Below, piece after piece: positions 59,338-64,000 of a DNA stretch of 64,000 nucleotides. Numbering within the stretch: position 1 is the first letter of the stretch; the number at the start of each line of letters is the position of its first letter. The notes beneath the pieces were generated by a model that saw only the letters and a list, made by a program, of their open reading frames with translations, ran no database searches and had not been told where the DNA came from. This DNA comes from an uncultured delta proteobacterium (GTDB lineage Bacteria; Desulfobacterota; Binatia; Binatales; Binataceae), in contig CAVQEQ010000004.1 of NCBI GenBank assembly GCA_963711565.1, forward strand, positions 1,504,001 through 1,568,000, written 5' to 3'. The translations under genes were made by a program, and so were the position numbers.

Positions 59338-59812
59338 GTTTCAATCGCTCGGCGATCGGCGCGGACGTTGGCGGAAACTCGGCCGCGGGCAGATCGGAGG
59401 AGCGGTTCAGGGCGAGCACCTTGTAGACGTAGCGCTCGGTGCATCGGAGCTGGCGTGCGATGCGCGAAACGCTGACGTTGTCGGCGCGCATCGCGAGGAT
59501 TCGCACGCGGCGGCGCGCATGGTCGGTCGTGACGGGAATCAGCAGGCGGTCGCTGCCGAAGACACGCGCCATCGCGAGCGCCGCGAGTAGTCCGATCGAG
59601 CGCGCGATCTGATCGCCGGGCGCGGGCGCAATCGGGACATAGAGGCGGCGTCCGCCGAAGTCGGCGATCAGTTTGTCGGCGGCGTCGGCGCCGATCGAGC
59701 GAACGATCAGATCGTAAAGCGTGGTGCGCTCGGCGTCCGCAAACGGAGCGAAGCGCGGCGCATCCGGCATAACGCGATCGAGCGCGGGCATCCGGCCGGC
59801 GATCGCGTTCAT
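59312..59812 (-). CDS. Mor/C-like late transcription activator
   Basis: IG.DAA.KL...FGG..LYVP and C-terminal HTH SVSRIARQLRCTERYVYKVL. Confidence 0.8.
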   Translation of the reverse strand: MNAIAGRMPALDRVMPDAPRFAPFADAERTTLYDLIVRSIGADAADKLIADFGGRRLYVPIAPAPGDQIARSIGLLAALAMARVFGSDRLLIPVTTDHARRRVRILAMRADNVSVSRIARQLRCTERYVYKVLALNRSSDLPAAEFPPTSAPIAERLKRGPIKQRV

Positions 59813-60030
59813 AAGCCGTACGCGGCGCGCAGATTCGAAGGGATCGAGCCGATGCGGCGATCACGGTCGTAAACGAGGCGCCAACTGATCTCGACGCTGT
59901 CATGGGCGCAGCTTTGACAGAGGCCGTGGTTGCGCGTCGCGTCGTGGGTAGTGGTGGCTTCGTGACACCAGAGGCAAGCAACGAGGCGGCTAGCGGCGGC
60001 GGTACGAATCGGAGAGGTCGCGGGTTCCAT
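59809..60030 (-). CDS. small CxxC...CxxC zinc-finger protein
   Basis: RBS GGAGG; CLWC...CQSC; stop overlaps the Mor start. Confidence 0.55.
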   Translation of the reverse strand: MEPATSPIRTAAASRLVACLWCHEATTTHDATRNHGLCQSCAHDSVEISWRLVYDRDRRIGSIPSNLRAAYGL

Positions 60031-60348
60031 AAATCCTCCGCGCGAGTTGGGCGGGTGTAGAACAATATGACGGCAAAGAAAACAAGCGGGATTGATCGGG
60101 CAGGACGGTCGAGCCGGGGAAAAATGTCGTCGAAGCAGCGGGCGCGAGGTCACGAACTAAGGTAAAGATGTGTAGTCGGTGAGATCGAGCGGCGGTGAGG
60201 ATCGAGGGAGACGCGGGGATGGGCGTGGCGCGGTAACGGCGAGGGAGCAAATGCGCTCGCGTGGGCGGGGGATTCGGCTTGAGTTGGGAATGGTTTGCTT
60301 GAGGCGGGATCATGCGCTTTAAGAACCTTATTTCACATAAGGAGATTT

Positions 60349-61011
60349 ATGTCAACCACTATAGTTGATGCAGCATTTCGCGCCCGGCTGACGCAGGTGA
60401 TTCATTCGTTCGGCACGGTGGTCTCGCTGGCGACGGCGGTCGGGGTATCGGACAACGCGATCTACAAGTGGCTAGCGGGGCGGGGGCAACCCAGCGTGGC
60501 GAATCTGGTGGCGCTGGCGCGCGCGGGGCGGGTGTCGGTCGAATGGCTGGCGACCGGGACGGAGCCGGCGCAGGGCGCGACAGCGTCGCGGCACGCAGTC
60601 GAGCACGGCGACTACATCTTCATGCCGCGCAACCGGATTCGATTCTCGAGTGGGCGCGAGGGGATACTGCGCAGCGAGCAGGTGGTGGATTCGATCGCGT
60701 TTCGCGCGGAATGGGTCAAGCGGACGCTGCGCACGGAAACGCGCGACTTGATCCTGATCGAGGTGGTGGGAGATTCGATGGCGCCGACAGTCGAGGACGG
60801 GGACTTGATCCTCGCCAATCTGGCGGAGCCGCGCTTTCGTCAGGACGGCATCTACCTGCTGCGGCATGACAGCGGGCTGACGGTGAAGCGAATCCAGCGG
60901 CGTCCCGACGGCAAGCTGCTGGTGCGCAGCGACAATCCGAAATACGAATCGATGGTGGTGGCCAGCGTCAGTATCATCGGGCGCGTGATCTGGATCGGCG
61001 GATGCGTGTGA
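60349..61011 (+). CDS. CI-like repressor (XRE HTH plus S24 peptidase)
   Basis: LATAVGVSDNAIYKW..G, VSVEWLATG, GDSM.PT..DGD, VKR, SDNPKY, IIGRVIW. Confidence 0.92.
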   Translation: MSTTIVDAAFRARLTQVIHSFGTVVSLATAVGVSDNAIYKWLAGRGQPSVANLVALARAGRVSVEWLATGTEPAQGATASRHAVEHGDYIFMPRNRIRFSSGREGILRSEQVVDSIAFRAEWVKRTLRTETRDLILIEVVGDSMAPTVEDGDLILANLAEPRFRQDGIYLLRHDSGLTVKRIQRRPDGKLLVRSDNPKYESMVVASVSIIGRVIWIGGCV

Positions 61012-61017
61012 GGCGGC

Positions 61018-61434
61018 TCAAGAAGGTTTCGCGTCCGCGGTGACGCCGAATTGAGTAATGAAGAGCGCGCAGGCGATCATCGCGAGTCCCTTGAGGAACA
61101 TCGAGACGTTGACGGTGCGCATGATGGGGTCGGGCAGCATGATCATCGCGGTGCCGTGCACGACGATGGTGACGGGGACGAGAAAGATCACGATGAGCCA
61201 GCCGCCGAGGCGCGGACGGTAGTTGAAGAGAATCATCGCGGCGCCGAGGAGCTCGACGACGGCGGAGATGGTCACCCAGAATGCGCGGAACGGAATCGCG
61301 GCGGGCATCAGATCAATGTAACTCTTCATCGCGGTGAAGTGGGTGATGCCGGAGAGGAAGAAAATCAGGGTGAACAGGATGCGGGCGATGAGGCCGATGG
61401 CGGGACTGGTGATCCTGAGATCGTCGGTGTCCAT
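61018..61434 (-). CDS. DoxX-family membrane protein
   Basis: RIL...FFLSGI.H, VELLG, FLVPVT...H, FLKGLA. Confidence 0.8.
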   Translation of the reverse strand: MDTDDLRITSPAIGLIARILFTLIFFLSGITHFTAMKSYIDLMPAAIPFRAFWVTISAVVELLGAAMILFNYRPRLGGWLIVIFLVPVTIVVHGTAMIMLPDPIMRTVNVSMFLKGLAMIACALFITQFGVTADAKPS

Positions 61435-61511
61435 ATTGGTTCCGCGAAGATAGTGGATCGAGGAGTCGAATAGAAGAGTTTTTCTCTCTTTTTCAGTATT
61501 ATGCTGCGGGC

Positions 61512-63089
61512 GTGGCATCGCGAAATAAAGATAACGACATTGTGCGGGCTGACCTGGCCGAGGTGATCGAGCGGCATGAGGTCGGGCTCGACGCGGCGCG
61601 TCCGGACGCCGTCGCGCGGCGGCGCAAGACGGGGCAGCGGACGGCGCGCGAAAATATCGAGGAGCTGTGCGACGCGGGGACGTTCGTCGAGTACGGGCCG
61701 ATTGTCGTCGCGGCACAGCGGCGGCGTCGCACGATTGAGGATCTGATCAAGAACACGCCGGCCGACGGACTGGTCACCGGGCTCGCGACCGTCAATGGGA
61801 ATCTGTTCGGCGCCGAGCGGTCGCGCTGCGTCGTGATGTCGTATGACTACACGGTGCTGGCCGGCACGCAGGGCCATCAGAACCATCGCAAGAAAGACCG
61901 CATGTTCCAGCTTGCGCGCGAGCTGCGACTGCCGCTGGTGCTGTTCGCGGAAGGCGGCGGCGGGCGTCCGGGCGATACCGACGGCGGCTTTCACAATTCG
62001 CGATCGTTTCATGATTTTCCGAAGCTGAGCGGGCTGGTGCCGCTGGTCGGGATCACGTCGGGGCGATGCTTCGCGGGCAATGCGTCGTTGCTGGGATGTT
62101 GCAACGTCGTGATCGCGACGCGCCGATCGAATATCGGGATGGGCGGGCCGGCGATGATCGAAGGCGGCGGGCTCGGAATCTTTCGGCCCGAGGAAATCGG
62201 GCCGATGGAGGTGCAGGTGCGCAACGGCGTCGTCGATATCGCGGTCGAGGACGAGGCCGAAGCCGTGGCGGTCGCGCGCAAATATCTTTCATACTTCCAG
62301 GGCCCAGTAAGCGAATGGACGTGCGCGGACCAGCGTATCCTGCGCAATATCATTCCCGAGAATCGGCTGCGCGTGTACGACGTGCGCGACGTGATCGAGA
62401 CGATGGCGGATACTGGGTCGGTGCTCGAGATTCGGCGCGACTTCGGGCTGACGATGATAGCCGCGTTCATCCGGATCGAGGGACATCCGTTTGGAGTAGT
62501 GGCGAACAACCCCAAGCATCTGGCGGGCGCGATCGACAGCGACGGCGCCGACAAGGGCGCGCGGTTTATCCAGTTGTGCGACGCGTTCGATGTTCCGATT
62601 TTATTTTTGTGCGACACTCCTGGAATCATGGTCGGCCCGGAGATCGAGAAAACGGCGCTGGTGCGGCATTCGTCGCGGATGTTTCTGACGGCGGCGAATG
62701 CGACCGTGCCGTTTTTCACGATCGTGCTGCGCAAGGCGTACGGACTCGGCGGTATCGCGATGGCCGGCGGGAGTTACGATGCGCCGCTGTTCACGGTGGC
62801 GTGGCCGACGGGCGAGTTCGGGCCGATGGGGCTCGAGGGCGCGGTGAAGCTGGGCTATCGCAACGAGCTGGCGGCGATTGCGGAGCCGACGGCGCGCAAG
62901 AAGCGGTTCGACGAAATGGTCGCGACGATGTATCAGCGCGGGAAGGCGATCAACAACGCGTCGCATTTCGGAGTTGATGATGTGATCGACCCGGCTGATT
63001 CGCGGAGATGGATTGCGGCAGGATTGAGATCGAGTGCGCCGGCGGAGCCACGCGTCGGGAAGAAATATCCATATATCGACAGCTGGTGA
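61512..63089 (+). CDS. acyl-CoA carboxylase carboxyltransferase subunit
   Basis: TARE.I..L.D, YDYTVLAGTQG, EGGGGRPGD, CDTPG.MVG, LRKAYG, DDVIDP. Confidence 0.92.
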   Translation: MASRNKDNDIVRADLAEVIERHEVGLDAARPDAVARRRKTGQRTARENIEELCDAGTFVEYGPIVVAAQRRRRTIEDLIKNTPADGLVTGLATVNGNLFGAERSRCVVMSYDYTVLAGTQGHQNHRKKDRMFQLARELRLPLVLFAEGGGGRPGDTDGGFHNSRSFHDFPKLSGLVPLVGITSGRCFAGNASLLGCCNVVIATRRSNIGMGGPAMIEGGGLGIFRPEEIGPMEVQVRNGVVDIAVEDEAEAVAVARKYLSYFQGPVSEWTCADQRILRNIIPENRLRVYDVRDVIETMADTGSVLEIRRDFGLTMIAAFIRIEGHPFGVVANNPKHLAGAIDSDGADKGARFIQLCDAFDVPILFLCDTPGIMVGPEIEKTALVRHSSRMFLTAANATVPFFTIVLRKAYGLGGIAMAGGSYDAPLFTVAWPTGEFGPMGLEGAVKLGYRNELAAIAEPTARKKRFDEMVATMYQRGKAINNASHFGVDDVIDPADSRRWIAAGLRSSAPAEPRVGKKYPYIDSW

Positions 63090-63093
63090 GTGA

Positions 63094-63222
63094 GAGATAA
63101 TCGCCTGCGCGGCGCTGGGAAGATGCGGGGCTCCTCGCCCCGCGCCCTCGGCAGGGGTGACCCCTGCACTCAGTGTGAAGAGCAAAGTTGCGCGCGGCGC
63201 GCTACTTTGCTCTCAAGGGGTG
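63094..63222. repeat. three-hairpin dispersed repeat, copy 3
   Basis: Matches 48603-48730 (inverted) and 36280-36393. Confidence 0.85.
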
Positions 63223-63709
63223 ACTAACCCATTCACAAATTTGATAAGGGCGACACCCGAAGCTTTTTGTCAGATTCCCCCTTTCCAGAATGGAAAGGGG
63301 GAATCGGAAATATTCGCAAGAGCCTTTTCGGCTTGAGAAGAGTCGCGGAGTCGGGGGTTTGTGCTGGGAATGGTGAGTGAGGTATTCGATTCAAGAAGGG
63401 TGATGCGGAATCGTGAATCGCGCTCGGAACCTCACCCCTGACCCCTCTCCCTTCAGGAGAGGGGAACAAAGGACGCGCGACGAACAGGGGCTCTCACCCT
63501 TCGATCCTCACCCTGAAGGTGGAGGTGAAGACAGGAGAGGACCGATGCTATTGATTGTGCTTAGACGAGTCGGGGTCAGTGCGAGGTCGCGCGTTGTACC
63601 TCTCCCGCCGTGCTCCTTCGGCGCACGGCGACCTCCCCTCGGACAAGGGGAGGTTAGATTGGAAAGGCGGCGCTCTACGCTCATGAAGTGAGTTTCCAGG
63701 AGAGATGCT

Positions 63710-64000
63710 GTGATCAAATCTTCCGAGGAAGTTGTAAACGTTGCGGGGGAGCGGCTTGCTCTTGTGAAGGGTGGGTCGGGGAAGCCGCTCCTCATTTTTC
63801 ATGACGAGCTTGGGTATCCCGGGTGGATGACGTGGAATGAGACGCTGGCGCATGAGAGGACTCTGTACATCCCGCTCCAGCCGGGGTTTGGGAAGACGCC
63901 GAAGCTCGAATGGGTGCGGACTTATCGGGATTTGGCGGGGTTCTATTCGCAGGCGGTCAGGGAGTTGAAGCTCGATCCGGTCGATGTAATCGGGTATTCG
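63710..64000 (+). CDS. alpha/beta hydrolase (3' partial)
   Basis: GTG start after AGGAG; GGSGKPLLIFH...PGFG...VDVIGYS runs to the window end. Confidence 0.8.
   Translation, partial: MIKSSEEVVNVAGERLALVKGGSGKPLLIFHDELGYPGWMTWNETLAHERTLYIPLQPGFGKTPKLEWVRTYRDLAGFYSQAVRELKLDPVDVIGYS

Larger units (their letters stand above)
19480..61011 (-). mobile_element. Mu-like prophage-derived late-gene locus without transposase (interrupted 36.2-52.2 kb)
   Basis: Mu-order genes from repressor/Mor through lysis, gp25-29, gp32, T, gp36, gp37, sheath, tube and baseplate to fibre; no MuA/MuB ORF seen. Confidence 0.88.
15647..63655. repeat. dispersed REP-like family CCTCACCCCTAACCC(C/T)CTCC-loop-GGGAGAGGG / CCCCTTCCCGCGCGGGAAGGGG (span gives first to last copy)
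   Basis: Copies near 15650, 36490, 37555, 37625, 55370, 55470, 56810, 57365, 57405, 57555, 57980-58222, 63430, 63490 and 63600. Confidence 0.8.

Overview
High-GC chromosomal window from a Gram-negative bacterium (gene style resembles Binatota or other deltaproteobacteria-like soil lineages; this is an impression only). It is probably origin-proximal, because two parS palindromes lie at 819 and 984. Region 1-19.5 kb is host housekeeping: a DUF3800 gene with a 3' structured RNA, an enoyl-CoA hydratase, a frameshifted GalT-like gene, aminotransferase-serA-purA, hicBA, a serine hydrolase, an arn-like lipid A modification cluster, purE and murF. Region 19.48-61.0 kb is dominated by a Mu-like phage late module on the minus strand: CI-type repressor, Mor-type activator, GH108 lysin, holin, lipoproteins, gp25/26/27, terminase, portal, protease, capsid, neck, contractile sheath, tube and baseplate. 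This module has no MuA/MuB, integrase or replication genes and no room for Mu ends. It has a miniature tape measure, an inserted RRM RNA-binding gene and a tailspike-like beta-helix with a signal peptide. A 16-kb block of host-like genes sits where gp30/gp31 should be. The best candidate for a novel system is therefore a domesticated Mu-derived particle-producing locus (GTA-like or tailocin-like); an ordinary decaying prophage is not excluded. The window also shows nested small mobile elements: an IS5 inside its own MITE inside REP hairpins, REPs read in frame in lipoprotein genes, a ~125-bp three-hairpin repeat, and 23-24 bp micro-insertions. All assignments come from motif recognition by eye; no searches were run.
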